Shown in pieces: positions 19,411-28,734 of a DNA stretch of 64,000 bases. The notes below the pieces were generated by a model, which worked only from the letters and a program-made list of their open reading frames with translations, was not told the DNA's origin and ran no database searches. Position 1 is the stretch's first letter, and every line of letters begins with the position of its first letter. The translations under genes and the position numbers were made by a program. The stretch is from Pseudomonadota bacterium (GTDB lineage: Bacteria > Pseudomonadota > Alphaproteobacteria > RF32 > CAG-239): NCBI GenBank assembly GCA_918234285.1, contig CAKJXZ020000014.1, forward strand, positions 20,777-84,776, written 5' to 3'.

Positions 19411-19414
19411 AATT

Positions 19415-20038
19415 ATGACTCAAAATATTTTAATGCGGATAGATTTTCAAAATGACTTCGTGCATCCGCACGGTGCGCTCAGTCTGAATGCACCGGAACT
19501 TATCACAAAACATCAAAAATTTGCCGATGCGCTGTTTGACGGCAGTTTTGATAAAATTATCGATACGTATGACACGCATTTTGCCGAAACTTACGGCAAT
19601 ACCTCGGAATCCGACAGCTTTCCGCCGCATTGTGTGCAAGGCACTTGGGGGTGGCAGCAGGCGGCGCCGTTTAAGCCGGATTTGGCGGTTGAAAAAATGT
19701 ATAAATCCACCACCAATATTTGGAACGAGTTGAAACAATATCGCACTTTGCAACAGGATTGGGGTGATACCAACGTTTATTTGTGCGGCGTTTTGAGCGA
19801 CGTGTGTGTTAAACAGGCCTTAAACGGGCTGTTAAAACACGGTGCTAAAGTGGTGATTATCGAGGATTTATGCCTGGGAGCCAATCAGCAAATCGGCGAT
19901 ATTTTGCAAAAAGAAGCTTATCAGCCGTTTATTGAGGCAGGTTATCTGCGACGGATTACGACAGCGCAATTTTTCCGCAAAGAATTGCATAATAAAAAAG
20001 TTCAACACAATTTAGTTCATAAAAGTTTAGGAGAATAG
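19415..20038 (+). CDS. pncA: Nicotinamidase (isochorismatase family)
   Basis: IDFQNDF, DTH, FPPHCVQGTWG, GVLSDVCV; operon context. Confidence 0.9.
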   Translation: MTQNILMRIDFQNDFVHPHGALSLNAPELITKHQKFADALFDGSFDKIIDTYDTHFAETYGNTSESDSFPPHCVQGTWGWQQAAPFKPDLAVEKMYKSTTNIWNELKQYRTLQQDWGDTNVYLCGVLSDVCVKQALNGLLKHGAKVVIIEDLCLGANQQIGDILQKEAYQPFIEAGYLRRITTAQFFRKELHNKKVQHNLVHKSLGE

Positions 20039-20040
20039 CC

Positions 20041-21534
20041 ATGACAAATACCAGACCGAATATTTTGGAAAACGGAACGCCGTTGTTTTGCGATTTATAC
20101 CATTTAACCATGGCGCAAGCGTGGTTTTTGGACGGTAAAGCCGAGGAAATCAAAACTTCGGAAGCGTTCTTTCGGAAAAATCCGTTCGGCGGCAGTTATT
20201 TGATGTGTGCCGGCTTGGGTGAATTTGTGCAGTGGCTGGAAAATTGGCATTTTACCAAAGATGACATTGATTATCTGCGTCAAGAAAAGAATGCCGACGG
20301 CAGTGCGCGTTTTGATAAGCGTTTTCTGGAATTTATCAAAGACAAAAAACTGCAAATCAGTATTAATGCGGTGCCGGAAGGAGAATTGGTGTTTCCGAAC
20401 GAGCCGGTGTATTCCGTAACCGGTCCGACTTGGCAGGTTGATTTGGTGGAAGCGGCCTTGTTAAACGCGTTTAATTCGCAGAGTTTGGTGGCAACCAAGG
20501 CATCGCGTATGATATATGCTGCTTCTTTGGACGGCAAACAACGTCCGCTTTTGGAATTCGGCTTAAGACGCGGGCATGAGATGGGCGGATTTTCCGAAAC
20601 CAGAGCGGCATTTATCGGCGGTGCAACCGGCACTTCCAACACCGCGGCGGCCAAACATTACGGGATTCCGGATTCCGGTACTATGGCGCACTCTTTTGTG
20701 ATGAGCTACGAAAAAGAGGTTGATGCCTTTAAGGCCTTTATGCGCGGCAATCCGGGGAATACCACGCTATTGGTCGATACTTATGATACACGCGAGGGAA
20801 TTAAGCATGCCATTGAAGCAACTAAGGAAGTCGGTTTGCCGCTGATGGGAATGCGGGTGGATTCCGGCGATTTGGCATATTGGGCGAAGGAAGCGCGCAA
20901 AATGATTGATGCCGAGGGCGATAATCCGTTGTTTGCCAATGTAAAAATGGTGGCTTCCAATGACTTGGATGAACACCTGATAGAAAATCTGCTGATAGTG
21001 CAAAAGGCGCCGTATGATGTTTTGGCGGCGGGTACCAAGTTGGTTACGGCTTATGATACTCCGGCATTGGGCGGAGTGTTTAAAACCAAGCAATATATGG
21101 GACGTCCGTGTATCAAAATCGCCGAAGGAAAAACTACCATTCCGGGGGCGACCAATGTGGTGCGAATCATACGCAAAGATAAGTTTGAGGGCGATATTAT
21201 CTGCGGTGCGGCCGATACGGATTTGGTGCAAGACGGCAAGCTGAGCCGCAATATTACTTCGTATACGCTTGACAGCCTGAACGGATTGAAACGCAATTTT
21301 AAAGCCGGCGAGCAGGCTTATTTGCTGTTGCAACCGGTGGTGCAAAACGGCAAGGTAATCAATCCGCCGGAGTTGAATTTGCAAAAACTGCAGCAACGCG
21401 GCAAGGCTAATTTGGCACGGCTTGACGAAGCATACAAGCGTTTGGCCAATCCGCATATTTACGGCGTGGGATTGGAAACAAACCTGTATAATACGCGGCA
21501 AAGTCTGATTATGAATGCCGGGAAGGGGAGATAG
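20041..21534 (+). CDS. pncB: Nicotinate phosphoribosyltransferase
   Basis: DLYHLTMAQA, EFGLRR, GTMAHS, LVDTYD, RVDSGDL, ASNDLDE. Confidence 0.95.
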   Translation: MTNTRPNILENGTPLFCDLYHLTMAQAWFLDGKAEEIKTSEAFFRKNPFGGSYLMCAGLGEFVQWLENWHFTKDDIDYLRQEKNADGSARFDKRFLEFIKDKKLQISINAVPEGELVFPNEPVYSVTGPTWQVDLVEAALLNAFNSQSLVATKASRMIYAASLDGKQRPLLEFGLRRGHEMGGFSETRAAFIGGATGTSNTAAAKHYGIPDSGTMAHSFVMSYEKEVDAFKAFMRGNPGNTTLLVDTYDTREGIKHAIEATKEVGLPLMGMRVDSGDLAYWAKEARKMIDAEGDNPLFANVKMVASNDLDEHLIENLLIVQKAPYDVLAAGTKLVTAYDTPALGGVFKTKQYMGRPCIKIAEGKTTIPGATNVVRIIRKDKFEGDIICGAADTDLVQDGKLSRNITSYTLDSLNGLKRNFKAGEQAYLLLQPVVQNGKVINPPELNLQKLQQRGKANLARLDEAYKRLANPHIYGVGLETNLYNTRQSLIMNAGKGR

Positions 21535-22317
21535 ATGATGGAAAAACTTTGGCATAAATTGCAAAGCGGCTTGCGGCAATATTGCGCCGAAAACGGTTTT
21601 AATAAAGCAATTCTCGGACTTTCCGGCGGGCTGGATTCGGCGCTGACCGCGGTGTTGGCGGCAGATGTTTTAGGTGGCGAAAATGTTACGGCGATTATGA
21701 TGAAAACTCAATATACATCTGATTTGAGCCTGCAAATTGCCCGCGAAACGGCTAAGCTCAACCATCTTGATTATCATGAGTTGGATATTGAACCGTTGGT
21801 GCAGGCGGAAATCGGCTTTTTAGCGCAGGCTTTTAAGGCTCCCGTGCGCGGTATTACGGCAGAAAATTTGCAGGCACGCATTCGCGGACAGCTGTTGATG
21901 GCGTGGTCCAACCAAAACGGCGGGTTGGTGTTGGCTTGCGGCAACAAATCGGAGGCATTGACCGGATATTGTACGCTCTATGGTGACACTTGCGGCGGTT
22001 TAATGCCGATAGGTAACGTATATAAAACCACGATTTTCGCATTGGCCAAATGGCGCAATACTTTAGGATATGCTTTGCCGGAAGCGGTAATCACGCGGGC
22101 ACCGTCGGCAGAACTTGCGGCAGGGCAAAAAGATGAAGACTCGTTGCCGCCATACGCTGTTTTGGACGAAGTATTGAAATTGCTTTATGATGAGCAAAAG
22201 TCAGTAGCAGAAGCGGTTGCTGCCGGATTTAATACGGCTTTGGTCGAGCGGGTGGAAAAATTAATTCGCCGCTCGGAGTTCAAACGCAAACAGATGGCGA
22301 CTGCTCTGGCGGTATAA
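21535..22317 (+). CDS. nadE: NAD+ synthetase, synthetase domain only (NH3-dependent)
   Basis: LGLSGGLDS, ENLQARIRG, GNKSE, GYCTLYGD, PSAEL..GQKDEDSLPPY; no glutaminase domain. Confidence 0.95.
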   Translation: MMEKLWHKLQSGLRQYCAENGFNKAILGLSGGLDSALTAVLAADVLGGENVTAIMMKTQYTSDLSLQIARETAKLNHLDYHELDIEPLVQAEIGFLAQAFKAPVRGITAENLQARIRGQLLMAWSNQNGGLVLACGNKSEALTGYCTLYGDTCGGLMPIGNVYKTTIFALAKWRNTLGYALPEAVITRAPSAELAAGQKDEDSLPPYAVLDEVLKLLYDEQKSVAEAVAAGFNTALVERVEKLIRRSEFKRKQMATALAV

Positions 22318-22333
22318 TATCCGAAATCCGTGC

Positions 22334-22364
22334 AAAAAAACGTTCCGCAAGGGACGTTTTTTTT
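22334..22364 (+). terminator. Intrinsic terminator of NAD operon
   Basis: AAAAAAACGTTCC-gcaa-GGGACGTTTTTTTT. Confidence 0.85.
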
Positions 22365-22446
22365 ACGGCAAATTTTGAAGCCGGAATTATATTGCAAAAT
22401 GACAAAAATAGTGCTACTATAATGCGGAACAAATAAGGGGAAATTT

Positions 22447-24486
22447 ATGACCGAAGAAAAAACGCAAAGAGAACGCAATCAGGATATCTTGGAGGCATAC
22501 GACGGGTCGGACATTATGCATCCGCAGGTTATATTGCGCAAAGTTAAGCAAGTTGACGGCAATATTCTTGATGATGAATTGTTCGGCGTGAAGCTCAGTT
22601 GCTATCGCGCATATGATGCCTATGAAATAATGGAAAAGTTGCCGGAGAAATTTCAATGGGCAGGCTGGAGTATTGCCGATTTTATGGCTGAATATACAAA
22701 GCTGCTGGAGCACCCGACGGAGAGAATACAGTTGGAAGCGTTGGCAAAAAGCGGTTGCCGGATTTTTATTGAGGACAAATGCTCCTCAATGGGAGGAAAC
22801 AGTAAAAGTGCCGGATACAGAGGACAATCTTCACATATTGCGGGAAAACCGGCCATTAAATTGGTGGCATACATATTTGGCGACAGAACTTTTTTGCACG
22901 AAGCCATACATAATTCGGATTTGCGTTTGGGCTGGAATTATTTCACTAAGCAAAAGATTTATCAGGCGGCGATTATGATGCTTGACGCGCAAAAAATTCA
23001 AGCTTCTCACGGCTATCAAAGCGTAAAAAAACTGCGCCAGATTAACGAGGTTTATCAGGACGGCGAAATATATACCGAGGGCTTGGCCTGGATTGGCTCC
23101 ATGTCGATGGAAGAATTGGCTCATGAAAAAAATCATATCGGCAAAAACCTGAAAGTTCTGCATTCTCTGTATACCGAGGCATTGTTAAAAGAGCAAGGGG
23201 CGGTGTTGGATTGTTTTCGCTTTTGGCAACCTTCGGCGCATATAGAAAAATTGTTGGAAACTTATAATGCCAACGGCCAGAAAATCGGCAAAGAGCGCGA
23301 TAAAATATTAAAACAACAGAAGCATCTCTGGGACGAAATGATGAAATTCCGTAAGGAAATAAATAAACTCAAAGTAAACGGGCTGGAGAGCAAAACATTG
23401 TCGCTTGGGGGCGGTTCGTATTATTGCCAAACCGGCGGCGTTAAATCGCTGTTTCCGTTGTATATGGCGCAAGACAAGGCCGACAAAGCATTTCAACAAA
23501 TTGAAGATGATGAAAAATTGTCGTCGAACACCAAAAAGCGGAGGCATACCGCAGTATTAAAAGCGTTGTTTAAGGAAATTAAGGCGGGAGATTTGAACGT
23601 TCCTTCATTGTTTGCGGAAAAGTTTTTGACCTGCGAGGAATATCTGTATAAAATGCGTAAATATTATCCGTCTTATGATTATAATGATATGCTTTTCGAT
23701 TTGTCGCCGAAGGAAAACGAGCCGAAAGGAATCGCCGGGCGTAAGCGGCTTTATGATAATTTGGAGGCTCAGGCCAATATTTTGTATATGCAGATGCATT
23801 CCGTTTATACGCTCAAGGAGTGTGCGTTGGCATATTTATATAAGGCATATCACGAATCCGTGCGTTCCGGCGATGAAATGGTCAAAATGGCAATGATGAA
23901 CGATATGAGTTCGCTTGAACATAAAAGAGAGTATGTAAAAGACTTGATAACCAGAGCGCGGGAAAAAACGTCGCGGCGTATGACAGGGCGTTATGCGGCA
24001 GAAGCCTTTATGGGCATGGAATATTTGTTGCAGAAATATAATCTGCCGCGAAATACGCACGGGGTGTTGGAAGCGGATGATTTGCGGAATTTTCACACTT
24101 CGGAGAAAGTCGTTGATGATTTAAAATGGCTTAAGACCGAAGAAAATGCCGACGGCTTGCCGCTTGAAATGTATAAGTGTTTTGATGCGGGAATTGTCAG
24201 CGATTATTGCTCGCGACCGGCAAGCGCTTTCAATGCTAAAAGCGAGGATTACTTACCGAATAACTATAGAAATCAGGACTCACAAAAGGTTGCCTATACT
24301 CGCGCCTTGTATGAATTTTTGGCACTGCGACACGCTTATCAGGCCAAAACGCATTGCAAGAAATTTCCGCAACATTTGCAGTTGCAGGCGTTTATGCCGA
24401 ACTCCGATTATTACAGACAAATCAGATCTTTAGCGGCACCTCAGGTAATTTCTGCAAAAGATTCTAAAGATAACGGCGGAAAGTGA
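22447..24486 (+). CDS. Hypothetical protein with zincin-like HExxH motif
   Basis: TFLHEAIH with downstream YTEGLA. Confidence 0.7.
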   Translation: MTEEKTQRERNQDILEAYDGSDIMHPQVILRKVKQVDGNILDDELFGVKLSCYRAYDAYEIMEKLPEKFQWAGWSIADFMAEYTKLLEHPTERIQLEALAKSGCRIFIEDKCSSMGGNSKSAGYRGQSSHIAGKPAIKLVAYIFGDRTFLHEAIHNSDLRLGWNYFTKQKIYQAAIMMLDAQKIQASHGYQSVKKLRQINEVYQDGEIYTEGLAWIGSMSMEELAHEKNHIGKNLKVLHSLYTEALLKEQGAVLDCFRFWQPSAHIEKLLETYNANGQKIGKERDKILKQQKHLWDEMMKFRKEINKLKVNGLESKTLSLGGGSYYCQTGGVKSLFPLYMAQDKADKAFQQIEDDEKLSSNTKKRRHTAVLKALFKEIKAGDLNVPSLFAEKFLTCEEYLYKMRKYYPSYDYNDMLFDLSPKENEPKGIAGRKRLYDNLEAQANILYMQMHSVYTLKECALAYLYKAYHESVRSGDEMVKMAMMNDMSSLEHKREYVKDLITRAREKTSRRMTGRYAAEAFMGMEYLLQKYNLPRNTHGVLEADDLRNFHTSEKVVDDLKWLKTEENADGLPLEMYKCFDAGIVSDYCSRPASAFNAKSEDYLPNNYRNQDSQKVAYTRALYEFLALRHAYQAKTHCKKFPQHLQLQAFMPNSDYYRQIRSLAAPQVISAKDSKDNGGK

Positions 24487-24494
24487 TTTTTTAC

Positions 24495-24522
24495 TTGACA
24501 AAATATTTCAATGTGCTACACT
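24495..24522 (+). promoter_or_regulatory. Sigma70-type promoter
   Basis: TTGACA-16 nt-TACACT with extended TG. Confidence 0.7.
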
Positions 24523-24528
24523 GAACCC

Positions 24529-24875
24529 GTATTGATATTATGTATATACCGTTTATTTTATGATTAATCGGACATTCAATTAGGTTCGCGCTTCTTCCCC
24601 CGCTCAAAATATAGACACCAGGGATTAAGGAAGACGCACGAGGGAGAGTTTTAGCACGGTCGGTACCAAAGGAAGGTACTTGTAACCTATACGGCTTGAC
24701 TTTCTTGCAATGATTTATCGTTGCCCTGCTATCTGATTGTGATGTCCAAAACGTGGCTTATTCTTTTATTCGGATTATAATCCGATATTGGAAATAAAGC
24801 CACAAAAGAATGAGTGCCGTTTGCAAAACAAATGGCACGAAAGTAAACGGCCCCGCTTATGTGGGCCCTTTTTTA
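24529..24875 (+). ncRNA. Candidate structured non-coding RNA of unknown family (~345 nt)
   Basis: Between a promoter and a terminator (GGCCC...GGGCC plus T run), no credible ORF, multibranch fold plus two further hairpins. Confidence 0.5.
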
Positions 24876-24968
24876 TTTTAAAATATCATACTTTTTTATT
24901 TGACAAAAAGGAAAATAAATGCTACTTTAATCGGAGTTTATTTATTACTTACAAATTTTTCTCAATTT

Positions 24969-25553
24969 ATGTACAATCCAAACGAAGTGAATCCCTATTT
25001 TTTCGGGGATGCAGACAAGGTCGATGAACTGTGTGAATTGTTGAAGGATGCTCGCAACATCGTGGCACCCGACGACGAGAAGTATTTGTTCGAGCCCGCC
25101 TATAGGCCGGCGCTGTTCGAGTATCTAAAGCACCATTCCCTGCACGAGATTAATCAGGGTTTGATGTTTCGCCAGGAGAACGAGGATGTTCTTCTGCTCT
25201 TTCTGGAAAACTGGGTGCTCGGTTCGGTATACGAGGCCAGATTATTTGAGCCGGAGTTCCGCGGTAAGTATCTGATGAAGTACATCGAGTTTCATAACTT
25301 TGCCGACCACGACAACGAAATGCTCCTCTGGGGAAGAGGTATGCGCGAGTATCGTCGTTTCTATATCAACCAAACGGAGTTCCATATCCGTGAGGCTGAG
25401 TTGAAACTGCTGAAACCGGAAAATGCCGAGGACCTGCAAATCTACGTTAAGAACAAGAGGCGCTTCTTCCGCGATGTCGAACCCGAGTTCCGCAAGAAGG
25501 CAGCTCCCGAGTTGGTGGCTCTGTACGATTTGTATCACAACGCTAAGGCGTAA
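24969..25553 (+). CDS. Hypothetical protein
   Basis: ORF-track start 24900 lies in the -35 box (TTGACA 24900-24905, -10 TACTTT), so first ATG at 24969 is preferred. Confidence 0.75.
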   Translation: MYNPNEVNPYFFGDADKVDELCELLKDARNIVAPDDEKYLFEPAYRPALFEYLKHHSLHEINQGLMFRQENEDVLLLFLENWVLGSVYEARLFEPEFRGKYLMKYIEFHNFADHDNEMLLWGRGMREYRRFYINQTEFHIREAELKLLKPENAEDLQIYVKNKRRFFRDVEPEFRKKAAPELVALYDLYHNAKA

Positions 25554-25602
25554 TTATATCCCCGAAATGCTGCTTGAATGCCGCGTTCGGGGATAAAATT
25601 TT

Positions 25603-25983
25603 TTAATAACAATCGTCGCCGTTGAAATTAAAATCCGTTATAATATTGTTGCGGATTACAAAGGTGGTTTTGCAATAAAACAACGGTGTCGGCACCGGCA
25701 AACCGTAGTCAGGAACCGCCATGGCGGCATAACTCAACTCACCGGCATAGGGCTGATAATTATCGTCTGCCGGTTTATTCGCCGAGCCAAAATAAACGGC
25801 TAAATAGGTGTTATCGGCAACCGGAGTGATTTGCTGCGGCTGGCCCCATGAGGTATAAAGATAAGCAGCACTTTTGCCAACCATATCTTCAAGCTTTTCC
25901 TGATATACGGAGCGGGAATAGCCAACGTTTTGACAAGCGGAAACAAGAAGTATTCCCGCCAACAAATATATGAATTTTTGCAT
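25603..25983 (-). CDS. Hypothetical lipoprotein
   Basis: Lipobox VSAC; WGQP and terminal C..C pattern; follows hflX. Confidence 0.75.
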   Translation of the reverse strand: MQKFIYLLAGILLVSACQNVGYSRSVYQEKLEDMVGKSAAYLYTSWGQPQQITPVADNTYLAVYFGSANKPADDNYQPYAGELSYAAMAVPDYGLPVPTPLFYCKTTFVIRNNIITDFNFNGDDCY

Positions 25984-25984
25984 T

Positions 25985-27301
25985 TTATTTCCTTATACTT
26001 ATATCCTGATTTTGTTCGCATATTTTACTGAGGCGCGCCAAATCGTCTGCGCGTATGCTTACGGTATAAGTATTTTCGTTTTCCGAATTTTCAAGTTTTT
26101 CTATGTGGCTGTTTTGGTGCAGCCAAGCCGCGGTTTTGCCGTCGGATACGGGAAAAATAACCTGGCAACGAATATGCGCCGAGGTCAGTTTTTGCTCGAT
26201 AAGGTGCAAGAGACTATCGCAACCGGCACCGTTATAGGCCGAAGTCAGAACCGTTCCGTTCTTATCTTTGATTTTATTGTGCCAGCTCTGTCTTTCGTCG
26301 GGCTCCAGCAAGTCGGACTTATTCAGGACCTCGATATAGTTGTCGGCATATTGAATTTCGTTAAGACCGAGGTTGGCCAAAACCTGCAGTACGTCGGTGC
26401 GTTGGGTATTGCTGTCCGGATTGGAAATATCGCGCACGTGGAGGATGATATCGGCATTCAACACTTCTTCCAAGGTAGCGCGGAAGGCCATAATCAGTTC
26501 GTGCGGCAAATCAGAAATAAAGCCCACGGTGTCGGAGAGGATAATCTCCATACCGTGCGGCAGGGCTATTTTGCGCATAGTCGGGTCAAGCGTGGCAAAA
26601 AGCATATCCGCCGCCATTACATTGCTTTGCGTCAGTTTATTGAATAAAGTGGATTTTCCGGCGTTGGTGTATCCCACCAAGGCAACAATCGGGTAGGGCA
26701 CTTTGCGGCGGGCACTGCGTTGAATGTCGCGGGTTTTCCGCACCTTTTCCAAATCTTTTTTTATGCGGACGATTTTATCATCAATAATGCGGCGATCGAG
26801 TTCGATTTGGGTTTCGCCCGGGCCGCCCAAAAAACCGGCACCGCCGCGCTGACGCTCCAAGTGAGTCCAACTGCGGACCAAGCGCGAGCGCTGATAGGTT
26901 AAGTGTGCCAGTTCAACCTGTAATGCACCTTCTTTGGTTTGCGCCCGCTCGCCGAAAATCTCCAAAATAAGCGCGGTGCGATCAATAACCTTCAGTTTGA
27001 GTTCGCGCTCGAGATTGCGTTGTTGAATCGGGCTTAAGCGCGTGTCAACCACCATCAGGTCGATATTTTGCTCGGCGATAATCGGCTGCATCCGCTCGAT
27101 AAAACCGCGACTGAAATAGGTGGCCGGCTTGAGTTCTTTTAAGTTGACGATTTCGCTGTATGCAATATCCAGCTTGATGGCTTGAGCCAAGCCTTTGGCT
27201 TCTTCCAAACGGCTTTCGGGAGACAAACTCAGGGTTTCGCCCGCAACAATCGGGCAAATAACACAAGTTTTGCAAACAGGATTTTGTTGATATTCTATCA
27301 C
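25985..27301 (-). CDS. hflX: GTPase HflX
   Basis: GYTNAGKS, LFATLD, DTVGF, NKSD; GPGETQIELDRR; downstream of hfq. Confidence 0.97.
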   Translation of the reverse strand: MIEYQQNPVCKTCVICPIVAGETLSLSPESRLEEAKGLAQAIKLDIAYSEIVNLKELKPATYFSRGFIERMQPIIAEQNIDLMVVDTRLSPIQQRNLERELKLKVIDRTALILEIFGERAQTKEGALQVELAHLTYQRSRLVRSWTHLERQRGGAGFLGGPGETQIELDRRIIDDKIVRIKKDLEKVRKTRDIQRSARRKVPYPIVALVGYTNAGKSTLFNKLTQSNVMAADMLFATLDPTMRKIALPHGMEIILSDTVGFISDLPHELIMAFRATLEEVLNADIILHVRDISNPDSNTQRTDVLQVLANLGLNEIQYADNYIEVLNKSDLLEPDERQSWHNKIKDKNGTVLTSAYNGAGCDSLLHLIEQKLTSAHIRCQVIFPVSDGKTAAWLHQNSHIEKLENSENENTYTVSIRADDLARLSKICEQNQDISIRK

Positions 27302-27516
27302 TATTCTTCGGCAATATCCAATGCAACGCTCGGCATAATGGTAGAAACAGCGTGTTTATATACCAACTGTGTATGACCATCGCGGCGCAACAACAAACTT
27401 TCTTCATCCTGTGCCGTAATAATGCCCTGAAGCTTAACACCGTTAATCAAAAACACGGTGACGGCCACTTTTTCTTCTTTAATATCGTTCAAGAAATCAC
27501 TTTGTACTTTGTTCAT
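27301..27516 (-). CDS. hfq: RNA chaperone Hfq
   Basis: [23 protein letters not shown]. Confidence 0.97.
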   Translation of the reverse strand: MNKVQSDFLNDIKEEKVAVTVFLINGVKLQGIITAQDEESLLLRRDGHTQLVYKHAVSTIMPSVALDIAEE

Positions 27517-27663
27517 TATTTTTATCCTTGTTTAAAAGTATCTCTGAGATTACGATATAAAACTTTTTTGCATAAAAATCCACGATATTTGTACTTTTTT
27601 ACACGGAATATTTACGATTTTACGCCTAAAATATCAAAAAATACGCAAACAAAGGAGGGTAGC

Positions 27664-28734
27664 ATGAAAAAAATAATCTTTACCGGCGGCGGTTCTGGAG
27701 GTCACGTAACGCTGAATTTAGGGTTGATTCCTTTGTTTTTGCAGGCCGGATGGGAAGTGGTTTACATCGGTTCCAAAACCGGAATTGAAAATGAACTTAT
27801 TAAAAAAATTAAGGGTGTGAAATATTATCCGATTGCCACCGGCAAGTTGCGTCGCTATTTTTCGTGGGAAAATTTTAAGGATGCGATGCGGGTGCCGCTC
27901 GGAGTGTTTGAGGCTTGGAATATTATTCGCAAAGAAAAGCCGGATGTGGTGTTTTCTAAGGGCGGTTTTGTATCGTTTCCGGTGGTGTTCGGAGCCTGGC
28001 TTAACGGCATTAAAAAGGTTTATATGCATGAATCCGATGTTACGCCTGGACTGGCTAATAAAATGTCGTTGCCGTTTGTCAGCACTTTTTTCACCACTTT
28101 TGCCGATACGGCCGATTATGTTAACGATAAGAGAAAGGTGCGTTGCGTCGGGCCGGTATTGACCGACCGTTTGAATAACGGCGATGCGGAAAAGGCGCGA
28201 GATATGTGCAATTTTAAATCGGATAAGCCGGTGCTGATGTTTGTCGGCGGTTCACTCGGTGCCAAAAGCATTAATAATGCCGTGATTAAAAATCTGGAAG
28301 CGTTGCTCGAAAAATATCAGATTATCCATATTTGCGGTAAGGGTCAGACAACACTTGCGCGTTGTGAAGACTATGCTCCGTTCGAGTTTGTGGATAAGGA
28401 ATTTAAGGATTTGATGGCATTGGCTGATGTGGTGATTTCACGTTCCGGTTCCAACGCTATTTTTGAGTTGCTAAGCCAGAAAAAACCGATGTTGTTGGTA
28501 CCGCTGCCTTCAACTTCGAGCCGCGGTGAACAGTCACTTAATGCCAAATCGTTCCAAAAACAGGGTTTTGCCGAAATTTTGCGCGATGACAAGGTGGAAA
28601 CCGATTTGCCGAAAGCAATAGAAAACGTGTTTAAGTATCGGCAGGATTATATTACCAATATGGAAAATGCCGAGTGGAAACGCACCACCAATCAGGAATT
28701 GTTTGAGGAAATTTGTAACGATGCGCAAGTATAA
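27664..28734 (+). CDS. murG: Undecaprenyldiphospho-muramoylpentapeptide GlcNAc transferase
   Basis: TGGGSGGH, KGGFVS, HESD.TPGLANK, GGSLGA, SRSGSN; SD AAGGAGG before ATG 27664. Confidence 0.93.
   Translation: MKKIIFTGGGSGGHVTLNLGLIPLFLQAGWEVVYIGSKTGIENELIKKIKGVKYYPIATGKLRRYFSWENFKDAMRVPLGVFEAWNIIRKEKPDVVFSKGGFVSFPVVFGAWLNGIKKVYMHESDVTPGLANKMSLPFVSTFFTTFADTADYVNDKRKVRCVGPVLTDRLNNGDAEKARDMCNFKSDKPVLMFVGGSLGAKSINNAVIKNLEALLEKYQIIHICGKGQTTLARCEDYAPFEFVDKEFKDLMALADVVISRSGSNAIFELLSQKKPMLLVPLPSTSSRGEQSLNAKSFQKQGFAEILRDDKVETDLPKAIENVFKYRQDYITNMENAEWKRTTNQELFEEICNDAQV

Noticed and set aside
21500-21540. pncB tail (NAGKGR) as a secretion signal, likewise the PAS protein RKGK ending
   Set aside because: These codons overlap the purine-rich SD of the next gene, which explains K/G/R residues.
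3238-24486. Prophage or integrative element carrying NAD-reconstitution genes
   Set aside because: No integrase, att-like repeats, or structural or replication genes seen.
24540-24583. Tiny leader peptides MYIPFIL and MINRTFN
   Set aside because: No SD, no informative codon run, and the downstream gene has its own promoter.
24529-24875. RNase P, tmRNA, SRP or 6S RNA assignment
   Set aside because: No GAGGAAAGUCC or tRNA-like ends, only a weak AAGGAAG resemblance to SRP, and a branched rather than rod-like fold. Left as unknown.
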